NCBI RefSeq assembly: GCF_018977255.1
Contig: NW_024704742.1
Coordinates: 100,690,001 to 100,754,000, forward strand
Length of the DNA: 64,000 nucleotides
Direction of reading: 5' to 3'
Origin: Callorhinchus milii
Taxonomy: Eukaryota
Part shown: piece after piece, positions 13,779 through 26,892 of the stretch
Layout: each line of letters begins with the position of its first letter
How positions within the stretch are numbered: position 1 is the stretch's first letter
Position numbers and translations under genes: made by a program
The notes under the pieces: model-generated
The model's database searches: none
Told to the model about the DNA's origin: nothing
Seen by the model: only the letters and a program-made list of their open reading frames with translations

Positions 13779-14095
13779 TTTATTTTTGGCATTAATTATA
13801 TTTTGCAATTAAAATTATAACACACAAAGAGCAAAGAAAGGGTGGTAGGAGTTGCTGTTAGCTGACCATATTTTCAAATATACAGTCCTTGCAATATTAT
13901 TTGTAAATATTGAATCCTATTGATATCCAGATGTGAATAGACAAGGTTCCCACCAACTTGTGGGAACTCCACTCCAATGATCCAAGAATGAAATCTCAGG
14001 TTGGAGGAGGGTCATTCTAACATACCTGAAACGTAATCTCATTCTGGGACAGCCTGATACACATCTGGTTTCTATCAGGATTCAATATTTTCAAT

Positions 14096-14260
14096 AACAA
14101 CAACAACTTGCATTTATATTGTGTCCCTCACGCAGGGGAGGGTCCCAGAGAGCTTGACAGTGGCGGAGCACAACACCGAGCCGGGGTGAGGGGGAGGTGA
14201 CTGTAGGCACGGTTGAAGAGGAAGGTCTTCAGGCGCGACCTGAAGATGAGGAAGGAAGAT
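14096..14260 (-). mobile_element. L2 3' tail
   Basis: aacaacaacaacttgcatttata...ggcacggttgaagaggaaggtctt. Confidence 0.7.
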
Positions 14261-15066
14261 TACAAATCCTTTCCCATTCCTGCTGCAAACACCCCACTAT
14301 CTAAGATGACAATGTTATTGGCTTCAGTATCTAAATCTGCAGCATGCACTGGATAAACATATGCAATTCACTGTCTAAAGCTTCACATGTTCGAAATATA
14401 ATCGCATTGGCACAAATCAACAGCTGTTACTTGCTTCCAAAAAGTCAATGTAATGGACCACTCGGGAGGCAATGTTTTGGTCCACTCTGCTGATTGCCTG
14501 CTAAAGTGATATTCTTCATTAAAAATGGGAGAGATTGGGAACAAAAACCCTGAAACAAAGTTGTTTAGTATATTAAAAATATTGACCTTTGCACATTCAT
14601 ATGAAAGCCAATTTATGAAAAGCGTTGCCAAAAATATTGGGCTGAATCAATTTATTATCACATTGATTGGGAATAGTTTGCTTGATGGGGTGTTACAGAG
14701 TTTATTCGATCTGTAATATTCCACAAGTGCAAAACTGTTACTTCTCAGATTCATTTTCCACCTCATAAAACATGAAGAAATAGCACAAAGAACACAGGAA
14801 CTGGAGGGACTGTTTTAAGTTAGTTGTTTGTCATCAACAGAAAGAGAAAGGGAGAGAGAGAGAGGGAGAGATAAAGAAAAAAAGAACTTGCATTTGAACA
14901 GTGGCTTATAATGACTATCAAATGTAATGACAGTGTGTTTCTTATAGCACCAAAATATATTTTGTGGGAAGTGGCCACCCACAGAACACACAGTCACTAC
15001 ACTTTACGGTGTATCCTGTGAAGAGCTTTGAAATGTCTCAAATATGTGATAAACTACTATGCAAGC

Positions 15067-15083
15067 ATTACTATTATTATTAC

Positions 15084-15110
<27 letters not shown>
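15067..15110. repeat. (TAT)n microsatellite, expanded SINE tail
   Basis: Direct reading; follows a SINE 3' end at 14950-15066. Confidence 0.9.
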
Positions 15111-15114
<4 letters not shown>

Positions 15115-15813
15115 TTAGGGTTTCCTCAGTTGTTAAAGACACTAAGTTATGTGAATTTTGGTTGCACAGACCCAGGAGGAGTCAGATTCGATCTCCGGTC
15201 TGTGAAGGGTTAGCATATCTCAGCTAGTTGTTGTGGTAATGGTGATGGTGGTGATGATTGTTGGGGGGCGGGGGAGAGCGCGGGGAGGAGAATACTACAA
15301 CTGTCCTCAGTGTTCCATTAGTGAATGGATGGTAAATCAGGGTCCTGCTGTTTGAATATTATTCAGGAACCCCTGTTACTTTGTCCACACAAAGTGCAAG
15401 TGTGTGGACATCAGGCAAAAGTAGAATGGACTGCTGACATTTGGATATAAATTCTGTTGAAAATTAATAATAATAATTCTTACATTTGATAAAGGGTCTT
15501 ATTACATCGTTGAGACATCTCAAAGCGCTTCACAGGATATATTGTAAAGTGGATTGACTGTGTATTTTGTGGGCAAAATGCAGCAGTCGGTGGCACACAG
15601 CAGTGTCCTACAAACAATGGGAAATCCTATTAAAGGCTGACATCTTCAAAAGCGATGTGCATATTGCTGAAAAGAATGGTCACATTGGGCAACTTACAGA
15701 GGAAATCTGTGGAATTATATTCTACAAAGAATCAGAAGCATTGGAGAAAAGCATGGGACGGGGGAGGAAGGGGGGAATTCCAGAGCGAAAACATAATAAC
15801 TAGGAATATATAC

Positions 15814-15887
15814 CTCCAGTCGTTCAAACTGTGTCACATCAGTCTCTGATCCATCATTTCTTACTTGCTCCTCTTGGGAGTCTTCTT
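15814..15887 (-). CDS. Coding exon 10 (EEDSQEEQVRNDGSETDVTQFERLE)
   Basis: ctttaccttaaccacag|AAG ... GAG|gtatat; 74 nt, phase 1-0, compatible with exon 9; acidic like the rest of the protein. Confidence 0.68.
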
Positions 15888-16789
15888 CTGTGGTTAAGGT
15901 AAAGGCAGGTTTTTAGGTTAGTTGGAACAGTTACTAGGAATTTTGAAATGAAGGTGAATGGAAACAAAGCATTTAGTGAAAAAAAATGGTAAAATAAAGC
16001 AGAAGTTATTTATACATTCAAGCTGACAAGGCTTGAAATTCAACCTAGTCTTAGCCTGGAAAAGCATTAAATCTTAAAATTTGAGATGACACAGCCACAG
16101 AATTGTGGAAAATACTTCAGTCTTAATTTGGAAGCAGGCTCTTTATAAGAACTGTGGAAAACTGGCTTCCAAAATAAGATTGAACTTAAGATATTATTTC
16201 ACAATTCTGTGTAACCTTAAATTTAAAGACAGAATTTTGTTCTTACAAGCTAAGACAAAGTGGAATTTCAGACCTTGGGTGTGTTAGTCCAGGTCTATTT
16301 CATGTGCTCATAAGAACAGATATAGTTATTATTATTATATTATTATTAATATATTATTATATTATTAGTAGTATTAATAATAATAATTAATAACAGTAAT
16401 AATCCTTGCATTTCATATATCAGTTTTCACATTGGGAGAATGTCTCAAAGTCACTTCAAAGTGTAGTGACTGTATATTTTTGTAGGCAATTTTGCACACA
16501 GCGATGTGTGCATGAAATAAATGATCAGGTTTATCTGGGGGAATTGCTGGAGAAAGGAGAAACTCCCTCATTTTATTAAAGAACACTGTGGAATCTTAAT
16601 GCCACCTGATCAGGCAGACAGGACTTCCAAAGGATGTACAGCATGGAAATAGGCCACTCGGCCCTATCAATTCATGCCAGTGTTTATACTCCACACACTT
16701 GCTATTCCCTCCCATATCCTTCTATTCCTATGATTAAGATCAAACCCAAAATAGCTTGTGGTTCTGAAAAATAAGGTTTTAAAACACAA

Positions 16790-17250
16790 AATTCCCGCAC
16801 AAAACTTCGTAGCTCCATCAGCCCAGTCCTTGCCAGGCTCCATTGGCTCCCAATTACCGAATGGATTGATTTCAAGGTCTCCTGACTCAATTTCCCCTCC
16901 CCCTATCCAATCTGCTTACCCCCCACTCCACCACCGCTCCCTCCGCTCAGCTGGCTCCAGCCTCCTGTTTGTCCATCGTCCCCTCCGCTCCACCACAGTG
17001 GCTGTGTGCCTTCAGCCACTACGCTCCAAAACTCTGGAACTCTCTCCCTCAATCCCTGCGCCTTGCCCCTTCCCTCCCCACTTTCAGATCCCTCCTGATG
17101 ACCTTCCTTTTTGATCGGCTTACTTTCACCTACCCCTCCCTCTCCCCCTGGCTATCTGAATTTTGATCCCCACAGACCACCACTGTCAAGTGCTCCGGGA
17201 TGCTACCTCGCATGAAGAGTGCTATATAAATGCAAGTTGTTGTTGTTGTA
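16790..17250 (+). mobile_element. L2 3' end
   Basis: LHWLP-like segment and AFSHYAPKLWNSLPQSLR; (TTG)n tail. Confidence 0.88.
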
Positions 17251-17272
17251 AACAATTTTATCTTGAAACACT

Positions 17273-17512
17273 GAGTCCTGTAGCTCAGTGGTTAGAGCAC
17301 TCGCCTCGCAAGCGAAAGACCTGGGTTCGATTCCCAGCAGGGCAAAACCTTGGGCAAGTTTTCTTACTCCACATGCCTGATAATAATCCCTCAAGAAAAA
17401 ATATAAAAATAATAATTTGATCATTCAATCCACAAATGTTTGTGGGACACTGCTGTGTGCAATTGGCTGCCGCATTTTGTCCACAAATATACAATCAATT
17501 CACTTTCTGTGA
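17273..17512 (+). mobile_element. tRNA SINE, 3' end missing
   Basis: Intact head gagtcctgtagctcagtgg...gggttcgattccc. Confidence 0.9.
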
Positions 17513-17917
17513 GTTATGTATTACCTGAATCGGAAAGGCTATCTGAATTTTGATCCCCACAGACAGACACGTGCAAACCACTGGTGTATTGTCACTTTAC
17601 ACATGTTGTTATTGCCATCATTTCTACAGTATAGAGTTACTTTTCATAAATGTTAAATACTACTTTATCCAAAATATGAATGGGAACTGCCAAGTAAAAG
17701 CATTTTGCTTTACATCCCAGACCACCATGGAAGTTTTCAAATTGAATCTTTACTTAATGTTTGTTAATTGATGCAGTATTATGAGAGATACACTGAGGCC
17801 GACAGTGGGCATGTTCGGATGGAGGGAGGGAGTCTCTTTAGGAGTCACTAATCATTCAAGTTATTTTACTCCCCTTCATGCAGTATGTACTCCCATGTCA
17901 CACAACAATCCTCAGCC

Positions 17918-18145
17918 TACAACAACAACAAGATTTCATTTATAGAGCGCCTTTCACGTCGGGAGGACGTCCCAAGGCGCTGTACAGTTGGGTCAGGACC
18001 CGAGCAGGGGGGAAATGGTCAGGGTGAGGGGAGGGAAGGGAGGGAGCGAGGAGGGGGTAGAGAGTCGAGAGGGGAGCTGAAGGCACGGTCAAAGAGAAAG
18101 GTCTTGAGACTAGCCTTGAAGCCTAGAGGCCGAGAGGCTAGGTGA
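17918..18145 (-). mobile_element. L2 3' tail
   Basis: aacaacaacaagatttcatttatagagcgcctttcacgtcgggaggacgtccc plus a G-rich body. Confidence 0.8.
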
Positions 18146-18209
18146 CTGATCTGCTCCAAGGGAACTGATAATTTGAGTTACTCTTTGAGATTCTCTCATT
18201 TCATTTTGG

Positions 18210-18540
18210 ACATAGACATTATAGTCTTAAAATTAGAGCAAGGCTGGTTAGAAGTGAGACCAGGAAACATTTCATCATGCCAAGGGTTGTGAGAATGTGC
18301 CACAGAAAGCTATAGATGCAGAATTGATTTGTGTATTTTATTAAAAGTGGAAATGAACAAATACTTTTTATTTCTGTTTTTATTGTTACATTCAAGCCCC
18401 AACTCTCCCTGAGTCATGTAGTAAACATATTAAGGGAAATTTAGAAAAGGGAAATTGAAATTAAAAGATGTCCTATAATCTAATACATTGGTGGAACAGG
18501 CTTGATGGCCTATTATTTTGTACTATATGTTCCTAAAGAG
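18210..18540 (+). mobile_element. Old CR1 3' end
   Basis: ggacatagacattatagtcttaaaattagagcaagg...ggtggaacaggcttgatggcct...tatgttcct. Confidence 0.65.
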
Positions 18541-18594
18541 AAACCTATGTGTTCCTGTAGAAATACCTATTTATTATTAGATAAAAGAAGATGA

Positions 18595-18972
18595 TAATAA
18601 TCCTTGCATTTGATATAGTGCCTTATCAAGTCATCAAAATATGTTAATGCATTTCACAGGATTTCACTGTAAATTGGTTAGTTTCCTAAGTTTCCTTACT
18701 TCACATGCCTCTGTTTACCTCGGAGTAAGTAGGATCCCGGTTGTTAGTCGATTGGCAGATCACTTTCCAAGGGTAATAATCCTTTCAAAAATAAAAAATA
18801 TTAATTTGTCACTCAATCCATGACTGTTTGTGGGACACTGCTGTGCACAATTGGCTGCCGTGTTTCACCCACAAAATATACAGTTGATTCACTTTACAGT
18901 ATATTCTGTGAAGAGCTTTGAGACGTCTCAATGACCTGATAAAACACTATATCAAATGCAAGGATTATTAAT
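18595..18972. mobile_element. SINE tail (-) abutting a 5'-truncated long-subfamily SINE (+)
   Basis: Inverted tails at 18595-18672 and 18890-18972. Confidence 0.8.
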
Positions 18973-19570
18973 ATTATCTAAAAGTAACAGGATTTTGGTT
19001 ACTGAATTTCAACTAATAAAGTGTGTAATGTTGCTGAAGCAATGGCTCAATTCAAACAAAAGGAAATCTCTATCATAACTTCAAGGTGCTAATTCCTCTG
19101 AGGCTTTATGCCAACGCCTTTCACAATGTGAAATCTACTTTCTGCTGATTTATTCCTGTACTTATGATTGTTATGATTGTTATAATCACAAGTACAGTAA
19201 TAAACATAATGGTTTATAATCACAAGTTTAAAGGGGATAAATGTTTTTGTGACACCTCTAATCGTGTTAATGAAATGTCATAGCAGTTTTTTTAAGATAT
19301 AAAATATTGAATATCAGATTCAATAACATTTATACTTTTTTAAAACATTTCCTGACATAACTTTGATATGATCATTAGTTGAAGGGGCATGTGTGATAGA
19401 CAGAACATTATGGCCCTACTAGTACAGTGAGCCAGGACATTGACTTATGGTTGGATGTAAGTTTTGAGCCTGCAAATCTTCATGGTATATCTACTCATCT
19501 ATCTTAGCACAAAACAAGAACAGACAGAGGAAAGGAAGAGAGATAAAGAGCTGGTATTGACTGCCCTTGC

Positions 19571-19586
19571 CCGCCACCTAGCGTGT
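19571..19586 (-). promoter_or_regulatory. Possible CTCF motif (ACACGCTAGGTGGCGG)
   Basis: Close match to the CCRSYAGRKGGCRS core, in unique-looking intronic DNA; motif match only. Confidence 0.3.
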
Positions 19587-22500
19587 GGTGCAAGAAATGC
19601 ACAGAGGCCACTGAACAAGTTATCTTCCCACTGTCTTGGCTTGAAGGATAGATACATGGTGCAGGTGGACCTAATAATAAAGTGAAAGAAAAAGAGGACG
19701 AGGGAAATATTGTTCAATTAACAATAACTAAAAATAGGTTGTGGTTGTGTCAACAATTTTAAAATAGTTATTTGGCCAATAATTCAATCGAAGGGTGTGA
19801 GAGATTTACAATGGGATTTTTTCCATTAATTTGGTGGTTATCAGAAGGACTACATAGATTTACATAGATTGTATGGCATGGAAACAGGCCATTGTTTATA
19901 TTCTATATGTATCTCCACCCACTCCTTACTCCCTCCCATACCTTTCTATTCCTGTTTTCTGCACTTGTACATTCCAATGCATTAAACAGAGCATGTTCCA
20001 ATTATTACTTAGTTTATTAAAAGGGAACATGTCTACTTAAACATGAAAGATTGAAAGTTCCACTGTTTTTGAATACAAAACTACAATACTATACAATCTA
20101 AGGGCACAGCACACCGTAGATCTTGATAATAAACAACCACCAGCAAATGTAGAAATTCTACAAGGAATTTTATCCTTCAATATTTCTTTCTCTTTTTTAA
20201 AAAAATTTAAAATATGTCACATTTAACTATAAGCTTGAAAAGCAACAATTAGTTTTGAAACTTTTAATGTCACTGTAAAGCTTCAGACAATACCCAAAAG
20301 GCACAATGGATGGCAAGATAAACATGATTTCTACAAGATTATTGATATTTCTGGATTTTCTAAGAGTCCCACTGCAGCCAATCAAGTGATCAAAATGAAA
20401 TACTTTGCTTCAGGACTGGAAAGTGCATAAAAATGGGCAACAGCACAAAGTGCCATTACAGTGACAGACCATTTATGTATTTTATTAAAATATTTCTCAA
20501 TGACTCATCGACTACATTTTTATAACAAGTTCAAGACCTGGAAGATTGTCTTACAAAGAGTGCTTGCATTTCAATTTATATTTACAGTTTTATGTATATT
20601 ACAAATCTATGACTTTATTAAAGAAAAAGCATTAAGTACTGCTTCCCTCTTGTTCTCCAATGGTTTCCGAGGTGTTGTGGAGGATGGGGGATTGGGGCAG
20701 AGTTAGTTAGGATGAAGTAGGGATAGAGTTCTGCTGTCGTCTGTTCCCCTATCATTTTCAATTTGCCAATCAAAAAAGACAAACTGTAAGTGCAGTCAGA
20801 AAGTGACAACAATAATGCTTCACTCTAATATGGGAAAAGGTTCCTTGGAGACACATCCACGCTGACCGCATGTAATAAAATCACTATAAAATGAATTGAG
20901 CACTTTCTGTGGTGAAAGCTACAAGAGGTTTGTTGGAACCTTCCATTTCTTTGGCCTTTTAGAATGAGCTATTACACTTTCATCCGACTGATATGGCTAC
21001 AAAGGAGCTGGACAGGAAAAAGCATGCAGGGTTACAATAGTAAGTTTCTGACTGGACTCATTCAACTTACCAAAATACTCATTTGACGCATCTATTTTAT
21101 CATTACTAACCCTGAATCCTTTTTTTACTGTTCAGAAACTCTTTATAGTTCCCTCAGTGCTGGTAGTTTGTTCCACATGCCTCTTACATCAGATAAATTC
21201 CACTTCTTATTCTCTACTGTTGTCCTTAACTTTGAAGCTATAAGTTGTATATACATATATCATATTTCACTTCAACCCCAGTGAGAGGAAATCTACCTAT
21301 TAGACACTGAACGTCAGTTGTATTGTCTTTGTTGTGTGGTACCTATCGTCTAAGTTTGCACTTGACTCATTAACAAGTATAAAAGATCTCAAAAAAGAAC
21401 AAATAATGTGCAATAATTCTGACTAATAAACAGAATGAATGATGCGAAAAACATGCTCCTGTATGAGCAATTAACATGAAGAAATGATAGGAAACCGCTT
21501 TTGTGTGTATGTGCCAATGCCACCAGGTAGAAATGGACCACACAATTACTTAATGCTATGTTGTGGCTCTGGAGACTTGAAACATGCTTCTGAAATGTAG
21601 GTCCTGCCTCATTTTGAACTTCCACAACTTTTACACAAGCTCGGAACATCCAGAGGTAGTCAGAGATAACAATAATAACAACAACTTGTATTTATATAGC
21701 GCCCTTCATGCGGGGTAGCATCTCGGAGCGCTTAACTAACATTTTGGGCCTGTGCAGCCATTCTTGGTTCATTACATCAAGATATTTGTGCATTCATGAA
21801 CACTGTTAGACTTTTTTTTGTAATCTCTGCTATCCAGACAATGGCAGCAGGAGCTGGGAGATGTGCCTAAACATCAGGCAACCATTGCTCCTAGTTTGTG
21901 TTTGCAATTTTCCTGCCATTATTTATCTAGCATAAATCAAAAAATATTCTGATGCTGGTTTCATGCCAGTGTGAATATTTAACAACAGCAAATTACATTT
22001 TAACACTGTCTTAATGCTCACACGATGATGCTCGATAATAATAAATTATTGGGTTGTCCTCCTCACATGAAAGGCACTATACAAACGTAATTTATTGTTG
22101 TTGTTGTAACAATACTTGCATTTGATACAATAGCTTTCATGTCAGGAGGATGTCACAAAACCCTTCGCAGGATTTACTATGAGGTCTTGTGAATGTGAAT
22201 TTTGTAGGTGAATGCAGCAGCTAATCTGTACACAGCAGTGTCCCACAAAATGAAGTGAATTAATAATAATCTTTGCATTTGATATAGTGCCTTATCACGT
22301 CTTCTAGATGTGTTGAAGGGCTTCACAGAATATACTGTAAAGCGAATTGACTGTATATTTGTGGACGAAAATTGTGGTAATTGGAATCACCAATTTATCT
22401 GGGGGATTGAGAGAAACTCCCTTCTCTTGCCAGATAATGCCATGGGATCTTTAACATCTACCTGAACAGTCAGACTTTTTTGCAACTATTAAAAGTTGCA

Positions 22501-23069
22501 AAAAATGAGTTTTTAGGAGATGTTTTAAATCTTACATCTGAGGCACCATGAAAAGGGAAAGCCATCGCAAGAAGCTACAAGAGAGGTAAGTAGAATTTAA
22601 AACATCTCAAGAGATCATTTTTTGCATCTTTTAATTTTAGCACTCTTTTGGTCATAATATCCGAGCCATCAATTTGCCTCACATTTGTGAACTCAGATAT
22701 ACAACGACATATTTAAAGAAAGACTGGCAGCAAGTGGGACGAGGGAAGAAAGACATTGGTTGGATGGGTGGTCACATTACTCAGGAGAGGCCTGGATGGA
22801 GTATTTAGTGCTTCAACGTAAATGGGGCAGTTTCGAAAACCCAGAGGCAAACATCTTCAAATGTTTAGTCCAGATAATGCTTCAGATGCTAATTACTTAT
22901 GCAATAAAAGACTGTGAATCAAAGCCAGAGCAACTATTAGTTCATTGATAATATAGAACCACTTACAAAAGTAATTCCTCATTCTTGGATTCTTGCCTGC
23001 CTGTCATTAAAAATGTTTACTGTACTGTCATTGGCTGATGCCCTCTTGCGCTGCTTCCTCCATGTACTG

Positions 23070-23449
23070 ATAATAATAATAATCCTTGCATTTGATACAG
23101 TGGCTTATCACAACTTTGATACATCTCAAAGCCTTTCACAGAATATAGTGTAAAGTGAATTGGCTGTATATTTTGTGGTCAAAGTGCAGCAGCCAATTGC
23201 TCACAGCAGTGTCCCACAAACAGTCAGGGATTGAGCGACAATTATTATTTATTTTTAAATTTATTTTGAAGGGATTATTACCCCCGGAAAAGCGATCTGC
23301 CAATCGACTAACAACCATGTTTCTACTTACTGCTAGGTAAACAGAGGCAAATGGAGTAAGGAAACTTGCCCAATGTTTTGCCCCGGGTGGGATTCGAACC
23401 CTCTCGCTTTGTGAGGCGAGCGCTCTAACCACTAAGCTACAGGACTCCA
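23070..23449 (-). mobile_element. tRNA SINE, long subfamily, full length
   Basis: Same head, middle and tail as 60541-60856. Confidence 0.92.
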
Positions 23450-24669
23450 AAACCATAAGCAAATGAGTCTTGGAATAACTCACCTGCGTGGGACAATCAT
23501 AGAGGAGAAGCTATTGGAAAGTGCCCTCACTCATACACACACAGCTAAAACTTGGGTGCATAAGTTCAAGTCCCCAGTCAGGACCCTGAATTCATATTGT
23601 CGAGGCTGACCCTTCAATGCAGTATCAGGGTAGTGCTGCAGTGCCGGCCTTGGGTGAAATGTTAAACCAAGGTTCTGCCTGCCTGTTCAGGTGGACATTA
23701 AAGGTTCCTGGAGCTATTTGAAAAGAAAAAGAGTTCCCCCTGGTGTTGTGGCCACCAAAAAAAAACACTAGAAACTTAAAGTCATGGATATTCATAAAAG
23801 TTACAATTCTGAAAGGATTCACCAAGTTCTGAAAACATTTTTTAAAGCGACTTGATACCAGGATCATGACTGATTGATGGAATTTAAACATTGAAAATGA
23901 AGTGAGCTAATAAAGCTAATGTGCAAAGATAACACAGTCTGCCAATGTGCCCTGTGTGACACTGCTGAATTATTCCTGTTTAACAGCATATGGTTAAGAT
24001 AGCACTGGGTGCTCAATGTGCTGGTTTATGAACTATTTTAGATGTAGGTCATCCCTGAATAAATATTATACATCATAAGTGACACCAGCTTGCCGGCACC
24101 TACTTTTCTCATCATAGCCAGTGCCATACGTGGCCTTAATGCATTACATTTATCTGCTGCAAATTAAAGCTCTTTGATCAGACTGGAATAGGCCCTGCAA
24201 TAGGGCGTAACAGGGCTTTTCGAACTCAATCTTCTTATCAGGGTACATGTCTGTTGATTTGTGGGAAGCTAGCTGTTTTTCGTTCCTGACAAACTCCAGT
24301 GATTAAAATGTAGTGGCCTGCTCCCCTTCCTTAGATAAACGTGACAACTGAAGAGTTTCTAGTGTTGGTGGATATAGTCCATGCAGATTGCATTTTAATG
24401 AAAGCAATGTATTATCTTCAATACGGACCTCACAAACCTCACCTCATTAATGTATTCTACTTTGGCACAGTATCAATCTATGAACTAGTATCAGTGAAAG
24501 AATGCTGACTTCTATTTTCAGTCCAAATAGGAACCACTGTAGGTTGTGTTTTTTTTAACCAATTGCATGTCGCTCTATGTTAGAACAAAAGGGTTGAGTT
24601 TGAAGAAGCAGCAATTTGATGCCAACTAACAGCTACACAGGGGTCTTTAGCTGATCAGTCAGCCAGGTG

Positions 24670-25088
24670 TCAGTCTGGCTCAGTCAGCTCTCAGCTCTGA
24701 ATCAAAAGGTTCTGGGGTTAATCCCCATGTCGGGACTTTCAGTTCATAGTCTAAGATGACACTGTGGTCGGTGCTGGGAGTATGTTGCATTGATGAAGGT
24801 GCCATCCTTTAGATCAGACATTAAACTGAAGTTCCAATTGTCTGTTCAGGAGGATGTTAAAGATCCCATTGCACTATTCAGAAAGAGAAGAGAGTTTCTC
24901 CTGGAGTCTTGGCCAATAAACCCTCAAATAAAATTGGGCACTCATTCCATTGCTGTCTGTAGGACATTGCTGGTCATAAATTGGCTGCCACATTTGTCCA
25001 CAAAATGCACAGTCACAATACTTTACAGTAATTCCTGAGACATTCTGACGATGTGATAAGGCGTGATATGAAATGCAAGGATTATTAC
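24670..25088 (+). mobile_element. Older tRNA-headed DeuSINE-type element
   Basis: Deu-domain-like core ggtgccatcctttagatcagacattaaac...ttaaagatcccattgcactattc...tcttggccaa (similar to AmnSINE1/SacSINE1 from memory) plus the shared tail. Confidence 0.8.
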
Positions 25089-25309
25089 TTACACAGTAAA
25101 AAATACAATCGGAACATTGGCAATATTCACCAATCATAAGTAGCATGAATTATTATTTTGCACTAATGTGAACACTAAACCCCCAGGACTTGACTGATAG
25201 ATATCTGTGTCTACTGGTCAGGATAGCACAAAGTATTGCTGTAGTCAATCCGGTGACTGTATAGCTAAACAAAAATTTGTCATCAGCCAGAGATCTCAAG
25301 AAGCCTCTC

Positions 25310-25470
25310 AATTAGGCACTTCACTGTAGGAAGGATAGCAAGACCATAGGCAAGGTGCAGAGGAGATTTACTTTGATGATAGCAGGGATAAGAGAACTTA
25401 CTTATGAGGAATGATTGAAGAAATTAGGGCTGTTTTCCTGGGAACAGAGAAGTTTGTGAGGACAGCTGAT
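25310..25470 (+). mobile_element. CR1 ORF2 fragment
   Basis: aaggtgcagaggagatttact...ttatgaggaatgattgaagaaattagggctgttttcctgggaacagagaag (VQRRFT...YEE.L..LGLFS). Confidence 0.7.
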
Positions 25471-25738
25471 AATGGAAGCTTTGAGACATCTCAACAACGT
25501 GATAAGAATAATAATCCTTACATTTGATATAGCGCATTATCATGTCTCCGAGATGTCTAAAAGCGCTTTACAGAATATATTGTAAAGGGGGAGATAGAGC
25601 AAGCAACCTTGCACTAAGGATATTTGTGGCTGGAGAAGGATACTTCCTATTTGTGGTCTAATTTACAATAATTATAATTCGGATTCAATATGATATTTCC
25701 AAATTTCGATTCTGAATATCGAAGGGTGGTTAATTGAC

Positions 25739-25933
25739 TCATTGTACAGTCACTGACAGTGTGCCTCCTGGTAGAGATCATTGTACAGTCACTGACAGTG
25801 TAACTCCTGGTAGAGATCATTGTACAGTCACTGACAGTGTAACTCCTGGTAGAGATCATTGTACAGTCACTGACAGTGTAACTCCTGGTAGAGATCATTG
25901 TACAGTCACTGACAGTGTGCCTCCTGGCAGAGA
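25739..25933. repeat. 39-bp minisatellite, 5 units
   Basis: Unit tcattgtacagtcactgacagtgt(aa/gc)ctcctggtagaga. Confidence 0.97.
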
Positions 25934-26568
25934 ATTTCTCCCATAAAAGTTGAATTCAGCTTGAATGCAAATACCCGTGTGGGCTTCAATCAATTGAAGC
26001 CATTGTTTGAGGTGATGGGGCGAAACCAGTTAACTTTGGTTGTCCTGTACATTCGGTGGCAGATTCAGCTGGAGCTACAAGTTTTACTCAGTGAAGGACT
26101 TATATCTACACTGCTGGAGTAAACTCAGTATGACACAGCTTAATATTTAAAAAATTGTTCTGAATATCTCAGTCAAAAGGTGTGCGCAACACAAGAATGT
26201 ATTATGCAAAGAATACTTGGGGAAAAGACCATCGTAAGGCAGCAGTGCCCCTGCAGAAAAAGTACCATGAAGTTTTGATTATGACTCATTCAGTTTTAAA
26301 ATGTGTACTAAGAATAGATCACATAAGGAGAAAATACGGTGGTGAAATGTTGCAGCAGGTTCCCCAAAGTGAACAACTGATTGGGAGGGGGTGTGTGGGT
26401 GGTAGGAGATACTGGCTCTTTTACACATATTGACTAGCTTCACAAGCACTCATGTAAATGATAATTCAGCTATGATTCAGACATTTTTAAGGAAGGATTC
26501 TACATCCATCATTTATTTAGACACTTATTTCTACACCTCTTGTGTAGCCAATGTAGCATCGCAGGCAT

Positions 26569-26891
26569 TTAATAATAATAATAATCCTTGCATTTGATAT
26601 AGCGCTTTTCACGTCGGGAGGACGTCCCAAAGCGCTTCACAGAACACACTGTAAAGTGAATTGACTGTATATTTGTGGGAGAACGCGGCAGCCAATTGCC
26701 ACAGCAGTGTCCCACAAACAGTCGTAGATTGAAAATGACCAATTTATTATTGTTTTGTTTTGGAGGGATTATTATTAGGCTCTGTGTGGAGTAAGGAAAC
26801 TTGCCCAAGGTTTCGCCCTGCCTGGAATTGAACTCAGGTCTCTCACTTGCAAAGCGAGTGCTCTAATCACTGACTATATATATACAGGATT
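26569..26891 (-). mobile_element. Young tRNA SINE, short subfamily
   Basis: Nearly identical to 49213-49533. Confidence 0.92.
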
Positions 26892-26892
26892 T

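Noticed and set aside
14964..15227. Poly-Tyr and poly-Ile ORFs
   Set aside because: Translations of a (TAT)n SINE tail.
17273..17345. tRNA-Ala-like gene (also at 60541, 61453 and other sites)
   Set aside because: It has A and B boxes but continues into SINE body and tail with no proper acceptor stem or terminator; it is a SINE head.
22967..23000. 34-nt candidate exon (GRQESKNEELL)
   Set aside because: Phase 1-2 would break the exon 9-10 frame and I found no compensating exon.
25647..25946. ORFs on both strands and a CRISPR-like appearance
   Set aside because: A 39-bp unit keeps frames open; there are no spacers, no cas genes and no fitting splice sites, and the context is eukaryotic.
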